64,000 bases of DNA from an uncultured candidate division Zixibacteria bacterium. Lineage in GTDB: Bacteria > Zixibacteria > MSB-5A5 > UBA10806. The translations under genes were made by a program, and so were the position numbers. The stretch lies in NCBI GenBank assembly GCA_963801605.1, contig CAWDFP010000007.1, forward strand, positions 64,001 to 128,000. Direction: 5' to 3'. Below, in pieces: positions 42,795-54,717 of this stretch. The notes under the pieces are model-generated. The model did no database searches. It was not told the origin of the DNA and saw only the letters and a program-made list of their open reading frames with translations. The number at the start of each line of letters is the position of its first letter. Position 1 is the first letter of the stretch.

Positions 42795-44111
42795 CTATGG
42801 CGCCGGCGGACAGTCCGGGCAGGGTCCCGGTGTTGGCCCTCCCTTGAAATAAGCGACGCCGTAGGTAATATCAAGCCCGTTAAAGCTACAACTTCCATTT
42901 ATATCACCAGCCACAAACCAGGAATGACCCGTGGTGCATTCGCAGGAATATGATGGCGGTGGTCCGCCCTTGAAGTAACCCACTCCGTAGGTAACATCCA
43001 ACCCATTGAAGGTGTTACTGCCATTAATATCGCCAGTCACGTAAATACACCCGCTCGGCGGCTCATGCACCAAAAAATGGAATATAGATGCGCTGGATCT
43101 TTCAGGCGCATGGCCATTGAAAGCTACAACCTTCCAGTAATAGGTGGAATCATTAGGAACACAGAGCGGGGGAGACCAGGTGGTGTCGGAGAGCGTGTCT
43201 GAAATAAGGAAAGGATTGCTAAATGAAGGCGTAAAGTTAAGATATGCCAGGTAACGCACTGCATAGCCTGAATCGGTATCAATGGTGCTGTGCCAAGCAA
43301 CAGTAGTTGTGCATGTGGGAATCGTATCCCCATTGACGGGGGAAATCAGGGTGAAAGGTTCGAGATAGTATGTCATCGTCATGACATTTCGCTTAGCGCC
43401 CTGTAAAATCCTGTGGCCTGAATCCGATTGAACGAAAACAACCACATCGCAATTAGCCTGAACCAAAGGACTGGGACAGGAGAAGGCTTGTGATAAATTA
43501 ACAGTATCGCCGTTGGCAATTGTAAGGGCGATACCGCCGGAGTTAGGCGTTAAATCCCTGAATGTCTGATTGTGTATTGTCGTGCCGTTTGGCGACGAGC
43601 GATTTATGTTTGATTCTGTTATCGCAATGCGAACCTTTAAGTTGGTATTCGTAATTGGAGCAGTTGCGATAATCGTAATATTTGCATGGCCGGCGCGAGT
43701 TGTAGAATTGTAATCGCCGGCAATTTCAATATCAAGCGGCGAGCTAACTGCCAACTCTGTATTGATTCTCGATCCCCAGGTGCCGTGGGTGGCCCCAGCA
43801 TCAATATTTCCGTCAATGAACAAGCTTGGCGCATAATCATTGCCATAGTAGCTGTCTCTGGCAGTTATCTCGGAAATATTATATTGATAGTAAGGATCGC
43901 TTGAGTCCGGATAATATCGGTGGTAACGAATAAGAATTAGGCGATCAGGATGAAGAGTAGCTTGCTGATCTAGGACCAGATCAGCGGCGGGGCAAGATGG
44001 TCAGCACCAGTTGGTTAACATCTCCCCAACGACGATTCTTTCGGTGGCCAAAGCATGCCCGACAAGCAGGCAAAATCCCAAAGCAACAAACAATACCGCA
44101 GTCATCCTCAT
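42795..44111 (-). CDS. Putative secreted selenoprotein: Omp28/thioredoxin-like domain (CUxxC), beta-rich linker domain, dockerin-like tail; 438 aa
   Basis: ATG 44111 after GAGG, signal peptide, EMLTNWC-TGA-PSCP, frame continuous into the tracked 342-aa ORF. Confidence 0.85.
43964..43985 (-). promoter_or_regulatory. SECIS-like hairpin
   Basis: GCTGATCTG-GTCC-TAGATCAGC starting 15 nt after the in-frame TGA (44001-44003); G-first apical loop. Confidence 0.75.
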
Positions 44112-44399
44112 ACACTTACCTCTCTGTCTGTGTGAATCGGTCTATGGATCAATAAAAATAATTTAGACAAAAATTGAAATAAATTCGGGGCAAAAATCGA
44201 AGTGTTGTTAATCACGCAGCGGTCTCTTTATCATGCCAACGATTCAAGTATTTTTACAGAAGAAGCCAGGCAACCGCCTGAAGTCTTTTATATAGATACC
44301 ATATAAGATTATTTTGTCAAGTATTTTACAAGGCAAAAAATCAAAATTGTAAAGGGAGGAAATATGGAATCTACAGATGAAGGCGATTCGAATTTGAGA

Positions 44400-45416
44400 T
44401 CACCATCGCTGTTTTAGGAGATTAGACAACTGCGGTCCGGTCATATTTGATTCCAATACAACCGTTTTGCCCTGCTTGGAGATATTTAAGCTTTCGAGCA
44501 GCGCCCTATTCGGATCGTTAGGGGGCAGGAATGAGGCCAGCCCGCCACCAATCTGGAAAATGCTGGAAACAATCAGGGCGTTGCTTTCACTATCCATTCC
44601 CAGATAGCCATTTACGAGAAACCCGTTGCCACTTGGGGAGATCGACAGGCCAACCTCATCGAGATAATCAACGTAACCAAGAGCGGCGCGGGCAGTAGAT
44701 GATCGTATTTGGACGGTATCGGCCTTGACGAGATTCCGCATTTCGGGAGTTACCAGGATAAACATGTTGGCAAGTTTGGAGTCATTTGTCGAAAAATCCT
44801 GACTCAGACGCTGAAATGTATCGTATGTCGAGATGCCGGGCGCTTTACCGCCGGCAACATCGAGTATGCTTTTAATAATCTCCTCAGAGCCTCCGACCGC
44901 TAATCCTCCTCCCGGAAGCTGGCTGATACATTCGCCGTCTTTCGGGTTAAGCAGGTAGGCAGCGCCGGTCGACCACCATAGAAGCTTTTTATTGGAATAG
45001 TTTATCTCTTTCCAACCTTTGGATTTAATGGTTTGAAGATTGATTTTGTTATCGAGATTGCCGGTGATGATAAAAGCGCCATTTGAGGGAAGCTTTCGTG
45101 GTATGGCCGTTGTTTTTGATCCCTTAATCCAGCTTTTATCAAAAGGCATAAACATTACCAGGCGATCAATATTGGCAAGATCCAGATTCATCAATCCCAA
45201 ATAGTAGCTTAACGTGTTATTTCCCAGCATGGCCGTTTTGAGATCGGGATATTGCGCCACTTGTCCGGGTCTCATCCACAACACAACTTGCGCGTTGCCC
45301 GGAATAGGGGCGACTATCGTTTGTTGAGCCAAGGCTATACCGCCTGCGAGCGATATTACCGCCCAGGTCGTAAGTATAGAGATTAATCTTATTTGGTTGT
45401 TTTTCATTTTATTCAC
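44400..45416 (-). CDS. Exported hypothetical protein
   Basis: 338-aa ORF with signal peptide ending ALA-QQ. Confidence 0.75.
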   Translation of the reverse strand: MNKMKNNQIRLISILTTWAVISLAGGIALAQQTIVAPIPGNAQVVLWMRPGQVAQYPDLKTAMLGNNTLSYYLGLMNLDLANIDRLVMFMPFDKSWIKGSKTTAIPRKLPSNGAFIITGNLDNKINLQTIKSKGWKEINYSNKKLLWWSTGAAYLLNPKDGECISQLPGGGLAVGGSEEIIKSILDVAGGKAPGISTYDTFQRLSQDFSTNDSKLANMFILVTPEMRNLVKADTVQIRSSTARAALGYVDYLDEVGLSISPSGNGFLVNGYLGMDSESNALIVSSIFQIGGGLASFLPPNDPNRALLESLNISKQGKTVVLESNMTGPQLSNLLKQRW

Positions 45417-45774
45417 TTTCTATTTATTCATAATTTGCTCGAACTACTTAATGTTTGCGAAAAATGGCGGGATGTCAATAACGATTTTTTAATTAAATCA
45501 ATTTAATGATAAATCATAATTGGAGTTTGCTAATTAAAATGCGAAGGGGGGCTTATATTTATATTAATTCGGTTATTAAGCGATACCTGCATGGTAATAA
45601 CATTTTGCTTGTAATTTTGCGATTTTTGGGCTATAATTAACGTGGTAATGATTATCTTCGATGCCTGTCGAGGTTGTGTTGATCAGAATTGGAAATTGCA
45701 GTAACGGAGTCTTTAATTTCGCAAGGTTTTCGCATTTTCATATAGTGGTACCTTAGTGGAGATTGGAGGTAGAT

Positions 45775-48700
45775 TTGAAAAGCTCTACACTTGTGTTTGT
45801 CATCCTGCTGGCCCTAACAGGGTTGGCGTACCCCGCTCAAACGGTTAACATAGGCCTAACGCCATCGGGGGCGGAGCTTCTCTTTCAGGATCAATCCGGA
45901 ATTGACCTGCGAGTAGATGTGGGGGAATTGAATTTCGACGAAATCAATACCTCTGAAGGGCAATTTATCTTGATCACGTCCGACGGATTGGGAAGCTCTC
46001 AGAATATAGGTGAGCCTAACCTGCCGATATTGAATCGTCTGATTTCAATCCCGTATGGATGCGAACTTCAGTGCGAAGTTACCAGTTCGGAATACCAGGA
46101 TATTTCGCTTTCAGATTTGAATTTGACCAATCCTATTATGCCCGTACAGCCGCCGCTCTCAAAAGGAGTTGATCCGGCGACGGTTCCTTTTGAATACAAT
46201 CGAAGCGTATACCAGCAGAGCGGCTATTATTCTCAGCAACTGGCGTCAGCTCAGATTCTTGGCGTGATGCGCGCGATGCGAATGGGATTGGTTTCAATAG
46301 CTCCGATACAATATAATCCGCTTGAAAATACTCTTCGAGTTTATAAAACGGTAACCGTCCATATAAGCTATCTTCATCCGGATTGGACAACCACCCGTCA
46401 AACCTGGGAGCGCCTTGATTCGCCAGTCTACTCAACAGTATATGGGCAGGTATTCAACTATGTTGGTCAAGAATCAATGCTGCTCGAAGACCATACCAGA
46501 TACCCGATAAAATATGTAATCGTTTCGCCGAGAATGTTCGAAACTCAGCTACAACCATTCATTCAATGGAAAATTAAAAAGGGTTTTAAGGTCGTAGTCG
46601 GTTATACGGATGTCATTGGGACGACCAATACAGCCATAAAAACATGGATTCATAATTTGTACGATGCCGGCACTCCGGACGACCCGGCGCCATCGTTTGT
46701 GCTGCTTGTCGGTGATGCTCAGCAGATTCCGCCGTTTTCATTCAGTACTCACATCTCCGATCTCAGCTTTTGCGAATTTACCAATGATACTTATCCCGAG
46801 ATATATTATGGGCGTTTCTCAGCGCAGACGGTCGCGCAACTGACTCCTCAAATAGACAAGACTCTGGAATATGAAAAATATCTGATGCCCGATCCCAGCT
46901 ATCTGGGCAGGGTTACTATGATCTCCGGCGTCGATGCTAATTACGCTCAGCATCAAGGCAATGGGCAGATCAACTATGGAACCCGCTATTATTTCAATTC
47001 AGCTCATGGAATCACGTCCAATACCTGGCTTTATCCGGCCTCAAACGGTAATGTGGAAGCCGCCATTATCGCGACGATAAATAGCGGCGTAAGCTTCATC
47101 AACTACACCGCTCACGGCTCTCATGATGGTTGGGCCGATCCATCGCTATCAACATCCAACGTCAACGCGCTTACTAATGCGCATAAATATACATTAGCGG
47201 TGGGAAATTGTTGTTTGACGAATACCTTTGGAACCGATTACTCCGACCCGTGCATGGGCGAAGCCTGGCTACAGGGAGCTAACAAAGGAGCTATCGGCTA
47301 TATCGGGGCATCCAACAACAGCTACTGGGATGAGGATTATTATTGGGGAGTTGGATGGCATACCGTAATTGACAACGGTCCCGACTATGATCCGACTCGT
47401 CTGGGCGCTTATGATGGCGTTTTCCATACTCATGGCGAACCTGTCAGCCGTCATTATGTGACCAACGATGCCATGCTTTATTGCGGCAATTTGGCGGTTA
47501 CCCAATCGGGTTCAAGTATGATTGCCTACTACTGGCAAATTTATCATCTGATGGGCGACCCCTCGGTAATGACTTATCTCGGCCTCCCAACGACTAATAA
47601 TGTAGTGCATACGGGGTCGATGCTCTTTAGCGGCACGACATATACAGTTCAAGCCGATCCCGGCTCATACGTGGGTATCTCTCTCGATGGTGTCCTGCAT
47701 GGGGCGTCATATATTGATTCATCAGGATCGGCTAACATTACGCTTGATCCATTCAGCGGCCCGGGTACAGCGGATATCGTGGTAACCGCTCAAAACCGGA
47801 TTCCCTATACCGGAACGATTCAACTAATTGCGCCATCCGGCCCGTTTGTAGTATTCGACAGCAGCAGCGTAAACGATGCCACCGGCAACAATAATGGGAT
47901 CATCGATGCCAGCGAGCATATAATTTTGGGTGTACGTCTGAAAAATGTGGGACCTGATACGGCCCACGCTGTTTCGGCGACCCTGGCCTGTACAGATACT
48001 TTTGTAACCGTAACTGACAATACCGAATCGTATGGTGACATTATTGGCAATAACGGAACCGTAAACAGGCCGAGCGCTTTTGCTTTCAATGTTTCAGGAA
48101 GAACTCCGGAAAATCACAATATTTCATTCCAGATCACAATGACGGATGATGCCGCTCATAACTGGAACGGCACAATTTCCCTGCCCGTTCATTCGCCGGC
48201 GCTAAGTTATGCGTCGATCCAGATAAATGACGGTTCCGGCAATAATAACGGGGCGCTCGATCCCGGCGAAACCGCTCAGCTGGTGGTAACGCTTCAAAAT
48301 AACGGTTCCGGCCAGGCTTTTGCAATTACGGGTATCCTTTCCGAAAACGATACATATATCAGTTTAGGCGATGCCAACGGTACTTTCGGAAATATACTTG
48401 CCGGAGGAAACGGTAATAATTCCGGCGATCTATTCTCCATAACTGCCAGTTCATCTTGCCCGCTGGGTCATACCTTTAATTTAATTCTGGCATTAACCGG
48501 AGCCGACGGATATGTAACATCCGTGCAGATTCCCATGGTAGTAGGGATTAGAGTGCCGATTTATACGGATGATTTTTCGACCAATCGAGGCTGGACCGGT
48601 CTTGGCGGTCTTGGGCAATGGACTATTGGAGCCTGCACGGGCGGCGCCGGCAACGATACTCATGGCGGTCCCGATCCCTCTGTCGATCACAGCCCGACAA

Positions 48701-49762
48701 GCGACAATAAAGTACTGGGAACAGATCTGACCAGCGGAACCGGAGGGGATTACGATTCCAATTTGACGCAAACCTATTGGGTAACATCCCCAACAATAGA
48801 CTGCTCCAATTACAGCGGTGTTCAATTGCAATTCTACCGTTGGCTGGGGGTGGAACGCGTATTATATGATACCGCATATCTTCAGGCTTACAACGGCAGC
48901 GCCTGGGTAACTCTATTCCGCAATGATTCCACGCTGGATGAATCTGCCTGGATTTTGCGAACGCATAATATTTCATCGTATGCCGATCATAATGCAAATT
49001 TCAAGATCAGATTTGGAATCGGCGGCTCAGATCACGCCTGGCAGTTCTGCGGTTGGAATATCGATGATATTTTAATCAACGGATATCAGGAAGTTGCTCC
49101 GGGGAATCCTGATCTTTCACTTTCGATAAATAGTCTGGCAGATACCCTGGTTCAGGGCGATTCGGCCTCACACTCGTTCAAAATATACAATGGGGGAACG
49201 TCCGATCTGCGGATAACATTTAACTGCACGGCCGCATGGGTTAGATATTCGGGTAATCAAATTACGGTACCGGCTAATGACAGCGCCAATTATTCGTTGA
49301 CGCTTCGTTCCGCCAGCCTTTCGCCCGGGCCGTTTGCGACTATCGTTAACCTATGTCTCCAACGATACCGGTAATGCCTCGGGGTCAATCCCGATCAGTT
49401 TGTTGGTCAGGCCGGTTGCTCCGCCTCAGTGTGAATATATCCTGGGTGACGTTAATGGAAATAACGTCTTTAATGGTTTGGATGTAACTTACGGCGTTGG
49501 TTACTTCAAAGGTGGAATCCCTCCGCCATATAGCTGCGAATGTCCGGCGGGAAGCGGTAATTACTGGTTTGTCGCTGGCGATATTAACGGCAGCTGCTCA
49601 TTTAATGGCCTGGATGTAACTTTTATGGTAGCTTATTTCAAGGGCGGCGGCGTTTTAACCACCTGTCCTGATTGTCCATCGTCAGGAATATTGAAAGCTC
49701 CGCAACAACCTATCTTAGTACCTACCGCAAACCAAACCAATGGGAGTGGATCGTCGGAATAG
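45775..49762 (+). CDS. Gingipain-like C25 cysteine peptidase with dockerin-like tail, frameshift near 49345
   Basis: Propeptide GEPNLP, LLVGD, YGRFSA, YTAHG (His), GNCC (Cys), LMGDPS; GGAGG RBS with TTG start. Confidence 0.88.
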
Positions 49763-49795
49763 AAACGTAGAAACATTATAAGATTCAGATTTTGG

Positions 49796-49832
49796 CAACC
49801 GAGGGTAATAGATACCCTCGGTTGTTTTTTTG
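49796..49832 (+). terminator. Intrinsic terminator
   Basis: CAACCGAGGGTA/TACCCTCGGTTG + T-run. Confidence 0.9.
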
Positions 49833-49923
49833 ATGCCCCTCTAATCAGAGGAATTTATATGGCAATAACTTACATCTAACAGCAAAAGCGATTGATTAAG
49901 TAGATTCCCTTGATTAAGCCTCC

Positions 49924-49998
49924 AAAAAAGTAAACCGGACAGTCTTTACATCTAACTGCCCGGTTCTTCCCCCTTTAATATAGCCCCCCCTAATTACG
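49924..49998 (-). ncRNA. Candidate small RNA of about 75 nt
   Basis: Minus-strand TTGACC-16 nt-TAAATT promoter (50031-50004), G-rich body, hairpin + T-run. Confidence 0.35.
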
Positions 49999-50273
49999 AC
50001 CCTAATTTACCACAAAGCTCTTTATGGTCAAGACTAATAAAGTCGGTAGGGAATAGGTATATCGAAATACGCAGTAAATAAGGGGATAAAATATTTCGTT
50101 ATACAAATCGGAATGAGATTAAATCGAGCTGGGTGCTTATGGTTATCGAATAAGATATTGGATAATTTTCAACGATCCGATTAATTTTTTATTTTGAAAA
50201 TTGCAATAATAATGAAATCAAATTTATGCAATTAATAGCGCTGAGAATTGGTCTTAAATCTTTTGGGAAAATA

Positions 50274-50351
50274 TGGGGTGGGAGATGGGATTTGAACCCA
50301 CGGCCCCCAGGGCCACAACCTGGTGCTCTAACCAACTGAGCTACACCCACC
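50274..50351 (-). tRNA. tRNA-His(GTG)
   Basis: G-1, loop TTGTGGC, GGTTCAAATCC, C discriminator, CCA. Confidence 0.93.
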
Positions 50352-50569
50352 ACGCAAACTATTTTCGTCCCTAAAATATTCACCGGCAACGATTATGTCA
50401 ATATAATAGATGGCTTTATTCCCACCAATATGGGCATGTCCCCATAGCCATTTTTCAATAATTGAGTAAGGATTATACAATTAATTTCGGCAAATTTTGA
50501 GAGCTGGCATATCTACATGACCCTTCTGGTTTTAGCAAGCCGTCCCGGTATGCAACCATAAGCAGTGTT

Positions 50570-50586
50570 ACGGCATAATGGTTGCA
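50570..50586 (+). promoter_or_regulatory. Sigma54 (-24/-12) promoter
   Basis: CGGCATAATGGTTGCA: GG-N10-GC, 40 nt before the ATG at 50626. Confidence 0.55.
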
Positions 50587-50625
50587 TTCTCATTTAGAGG
50601 GAGAATTGCACCTTAAGGAGGGGAA

Positions 50626-52619
50626 ATGAAATGTTTTAAGACAACGAGATCGAAGACTCTGTTGTTGTTATTGGTGTCTGCGATTATAGTTGATCTCATA
50701 TCGAGCGGCTGTGGACTTAAAAAGCCGCAAGCTCCATCATGGATGACAACCTGGGATATTCCCCTGGCTAACCGAACTTTCACTATAGCGGAAATCCTCG
50801 ATGATTTGCATAGCACCAATATCGTTTATAACGATAGCGGTAATCCCACAATAGAGTTAACTCAGAACCTCGATACCACAACCGTGGCGCAAAGCTTGAA
50901 GGTTGAATCCACAAGCATGAATCTTTTGGATTCAGTTGGTATCCTGGAGGTAGCTCCACCATCGAACGTGACGTCGTTTACAAATCTCAGCGACGTCATC
51001 GATATTAGTTTGGGATTCGTCCCGCCGGCGCCATTTGAAACCATCCAACCGCTGGGCAGAATCGATAATTTTACCTGGGCGCATATCGAACAGGGGTTAT
51101 TGGATGTTACTTTTCATAATGCGCTGGAAATCGATCTGGATACCTTAATTGTCACCCTGATCGATTCTGCCGATATGCATCAAATAGGCACTCTGGTATT
51201 CGAGAATGGATTGCCTTATCTTGCGACAGAAACCCGTCAGGTCGATATTTCCGGGCAAACAATTTCCAATTGCATTTTTATGCGTTGCCACGGCCATACG
51301 CCCGGAGGGCTGCTTATCAATGCCGGCTCTCAGCGTCTCGAATCAGAGGTATCGTTTCCGAATAATTTACTGGTATCATCGGCGTGCGCCCGAATAGAGC
51401 AATTTACCCGCGTTAAAGAGGGTAGATTTGAAATTGATGATTCAACCAAAATAATATCGTCGGTTGTCTATCAGGGAAACCTCAATCTGCAAGTAGCCAA
51501 TTATTCCAACTTACCGTTTGATGTCAGACTGCATTCACCAAATTTCAAATGGCAGGGATCGGATTTTAATATCAGCCGCAGGCTGGAACCACATAATCTT
51601 ACGGAAGTCACCATTGATATAGCGGGTTATGTTTTTACGCCCGACCAAAACTCCGATTCGCAGTTTGTGACAGTCGAAATGATTAACACTATGGCACCGG
51701 CGGATAACCAGGCAATATGTTTTCAATTCGTCGGATAGCTTAGCCCTTCATGTTGACGTATCACAAATATATTTAGAATCGGTCAGCGGCCGGATTAAGC
51801 CGGTTCCAATCACCATGGATACGGTTACGAGATCGCTCGATCTTCCCCGAGGGTATGGAGCAAACCGCCCTTACTCATGCCAATTTGAGTCTCAATTTGA
51901 GCAATAACTGCATGGTCGCGGCCTATACCGAAATTACGGTAACGGGGAATGGCCGTACCCTTCATCTGAACGGCCTTGTTCCGGGCAAAAACTCGTTTGA
52001 CGCTCCGCCCGCAGTCACTACGCTCAGCGCCAATCCGGAGGAGCTATTAAGCTTTTTCGATCCGCCCCCCGGCGAACTGGTTATTTCCGGTAACGGGATA
52101 ATCAATCCGGATTATGAGGTGGTGACATTAAGGCGGAACGATAGTTTCTGGGGCGAATTCACATTTCAATCGGCTTTAGCCTTTGCGGTAAGGGATACCG
52201 TTGAGCTTGAGCCGGAAATCTCGAAAATTGAACCGAATACAAAGAACAGTGAATTCAATTACGGAGAATTTACTGCGGACTTGACCAATCATCTTCCTGT
52301 CGGCGCCCTGGTGACATTCTTCATTGGCTGCAGTTCGGATTCCACGTTATACAGCGATCCGAATACTATCAGACTGGGGCCATATCAATTGTCGGCGGCA
52401 CTTACCGACGCTAACGGGTTTGTCTCCGAACCGGTAAATTCCACAATTTCGGATTCGTTGGGGACCGAGGCTTTACGTTTGTTTGAGCGCGATTCTCTTT
52501 TTGTCAGTCAGCGAGTTGAGCTTCTGCCGACGCCGGCGTCAGGGGTTGTTGTCACGGGTTCGGATAATATTCGTGTCGGCGCCAGAGCCAGAATTCAAAT
52601 GCTACTTGGCGGGGATTAA
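50626..52619 (+). CDS. Large beta-rich lipoprotein, frameshift near 51720
   Basis: Lipobox-like SSGC, P.W..TWDIPL; two ORFs that abut in different frames. Confidence 0.65.
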
Positions 52620-52628
52620 GGGGAAAAT

Positions 52629-53891
52629 ATGAAATTACGGATATTAATTTGGGGACCGATATTTCTCAGCCTGATCGCGTTCCACCTGGCCTGGAGCAGG
52701 GGAGAGAACAATCCACGCGCGGTTGGCATGGGCGGCGCCTATACAGCCCTGGCGCGGGATCTCGACGCTCCCGATTGGAATCCGGCCAATCTGGGATTAT
52801 CGGACGGTAAGGGATTTACAATAAATTTCTTTAATCTGGGCATGCGTGCAAAAAATAACAGCTTTTCGCTCGACGATTACGAACGGTATAACGGCAAGTT
52901 TTTGACTGATTCAGATAAAGATGAAATCATAAATTCGATTCCCTCAACCGGTCTGGGTTTGGACCTGACCGCGGAAGCCTCGGCATTTAATTTTTCAATC
53001 GGAAATTTCGCGGCTACTTACAAGGCAATCGGAGTGACCAGTTTCTCCATAGATAGAGATCCGTTCAAGCTGATGCTGCTGGGAAATGCAGTCGTACATG
53101 AAGTTTCGGTATCGGATACGAGGGGCGAAGCGTTTGCCTTAGGAGATTTTGGCCTTTCTTACGGACAAGCAATTCGTCGCTGGCCGGGAGGAGAGCTATC
53201 GGTTGGGGCGAGCGTTCATTATCTCAGGGGAATTGCTTATGCAGGAATATCCGAAGCTCTCGGCGGGGTGATAACCACCGATACCGGTTTCGTCGGCTCC
53301 GGGCAGATGATCTATCACACGTCCAGGGGCGGCGATGGATATTCCTCGGATCTCGGCTTAGCCGTAAGATTTTCCGATGATTGGTTTTTCTCGGCGGCCT
53401 GGCAAAATGTATCGAGCAAGATCAATTGGCGAAAAGATAATGAGGAATATCGGATGTGGTTTGAAATGAAACCCCTGACCGCGGAGAGCATGCTTGATGA
53501 AAACCGCGCCGATTCAATGGTGACCTCAAATGATACATCCTACAACTATGGAGCGTTCTCAACGCGATTAGCGCCAGCAATCCGGATGGGATTGGCCAAA
53601 AAATGGAAACGGTTCGCCTGGTCTTTAGACTGGGAGCAGAATCTTTTCAGCGGCCCGGGAACCGGGGTCAATCCGAGGATTGCCAGCGGGCTGGAATACA
53701 AGCCCTGGCGTCATTTGCCGCTCAGAACCGGATTAGCGTTCGGGGGCAATCAGGGATCGATATATTCAGTGGGATTGGGATTAATTTTTGGGCCATATAA
53801 TCTCGATTTAGGCCTGGCCAATTCAGGGTCGCCATCGCCGACACATACCAAGGGGGTTCGGTTAGCTTTTGCAATGAGTCTGCGATTTTAA
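52629..53891 (+). CDS. Outer-membrane beta-barrel (PorV/FadL/TraF-like N-terminus)
   Basis: PRAVGMGGAYTALARD....WNPANL; terminal Phe. Confidence 0.7.
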   Translation: MKLRILIWGPIFLSLIAFHLAWSRGENNPRAVGMGGAYTALARDLDAPDWNPANLGLSDGKGFTINFFNLGMRAKNNSFSLDDYERYNGKFLTDSDKDEIINSIPSTGLGLDLTAEASAFNFSIGNFAATYKAIGVTSFSIDRDPFKLMLLGNAVVHEVSVSDTRGEAFALGDFGLSYGQAIRRWPGGELSVGASVHYLRGIAYAGISEALGGVITTDTGFVGSGQMIYHTSRGGDGYSSDLGLAVRFSDDWFFSAAWQNVSSKINWRKDNEEYRMWFEMKPLTAESMLDENRADSMVTSNDTSYNYGAFSTRLAPAIRMGLAKKWKRFAWSLDWEQNLFSGPGTGVNPRIASGLEYKPWRHLPLRTGLAFGGNQGSIYSVGLGLIFGPYNLDLGLANSGSPSPTHTKGVRLAFAMSLRF

Positions 53892-54069
53892 GTATCAGGT
53901 CAATTCCATAGTTATTTTGTCGATAATAGTATTGACGCCCGAATGGCGCTAATATTTGGGAAATTCAATAAAGCATAGAATTGATGATAATCGAGCTCGA
54001 ATTGCGAATTAGGCGCTTAAATTAATAAATTAACCGGGTAAAAAAAATAAAGAAATCTATTATTTTTGC

Positions 54070-54098
54070 TTGCAATTAATAATCTGGCATGATAATAT
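54070..54098 (+). promoter_or_regulatory. Sigma70 promoter with extended -10
   Basis: TTGCAA-17 nt-TAATAT with TG at the extended position. Confidence 0.55.
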
Positions 54099-54661
54099 CT
54101 GTTTCAATCTGCGTTGGATGCTATCTTATGTAGTTAAGAACGGCGTTCAACCTGAGAATCCGATAAATAGCTGCATTCATTTGAGCTGTTTAGCGGCGGT
54201 TCTTCCCAGGTCGGCAATTGCTATGGCCTATTGACTCGGTTGTGGGATATCGGGGTCTTTTCCGGGGATACCGCATATGAATCATAATTGATTATCTTGG
54301 CCTGATTTACTTTGTTTATTGGGAACGAAACATACGCTGATATTGTTAGTATAATGCATTAGAGAATACTAACTACTGCCAAAATAACAGCGGTTTTTCT
54401 ACAAGAAGTTCTAGTATACGGAGAAGGGGCGACCGAATTGCCGAACTTCGAAGGTCAGTGCCAGTAAATTGAAAGTATAGGTATTTTACGGGGCAGAGGG
54501 GCTGTGTCGGAGTCTATAACAGAGGATTTGAAGTTAAAGAAGTAATAAAACAGGTTAATTGTAAGTTTTCGAATCTTTCAGGTAAGCTTAATTGATATAA
54601 GGGGATAGACGATATCGGAAATCTCTGATATTGACGGAAGTGTAACTGAAAGCAGATATTA
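54093..54661 (+). ncRNA. Candidate large structured RNA (about 570 nt), family unknown
   Basis: Complementary ends and many internal helices with G-U pairs on the + strand; no long ORF. Confidence 0.55.
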
Positions 54662-54717
54662 GGAAAAAAAATAATGGCCCATATATGATAGATGGCACCA
54701 TGAAGGAGGCAACCAGA

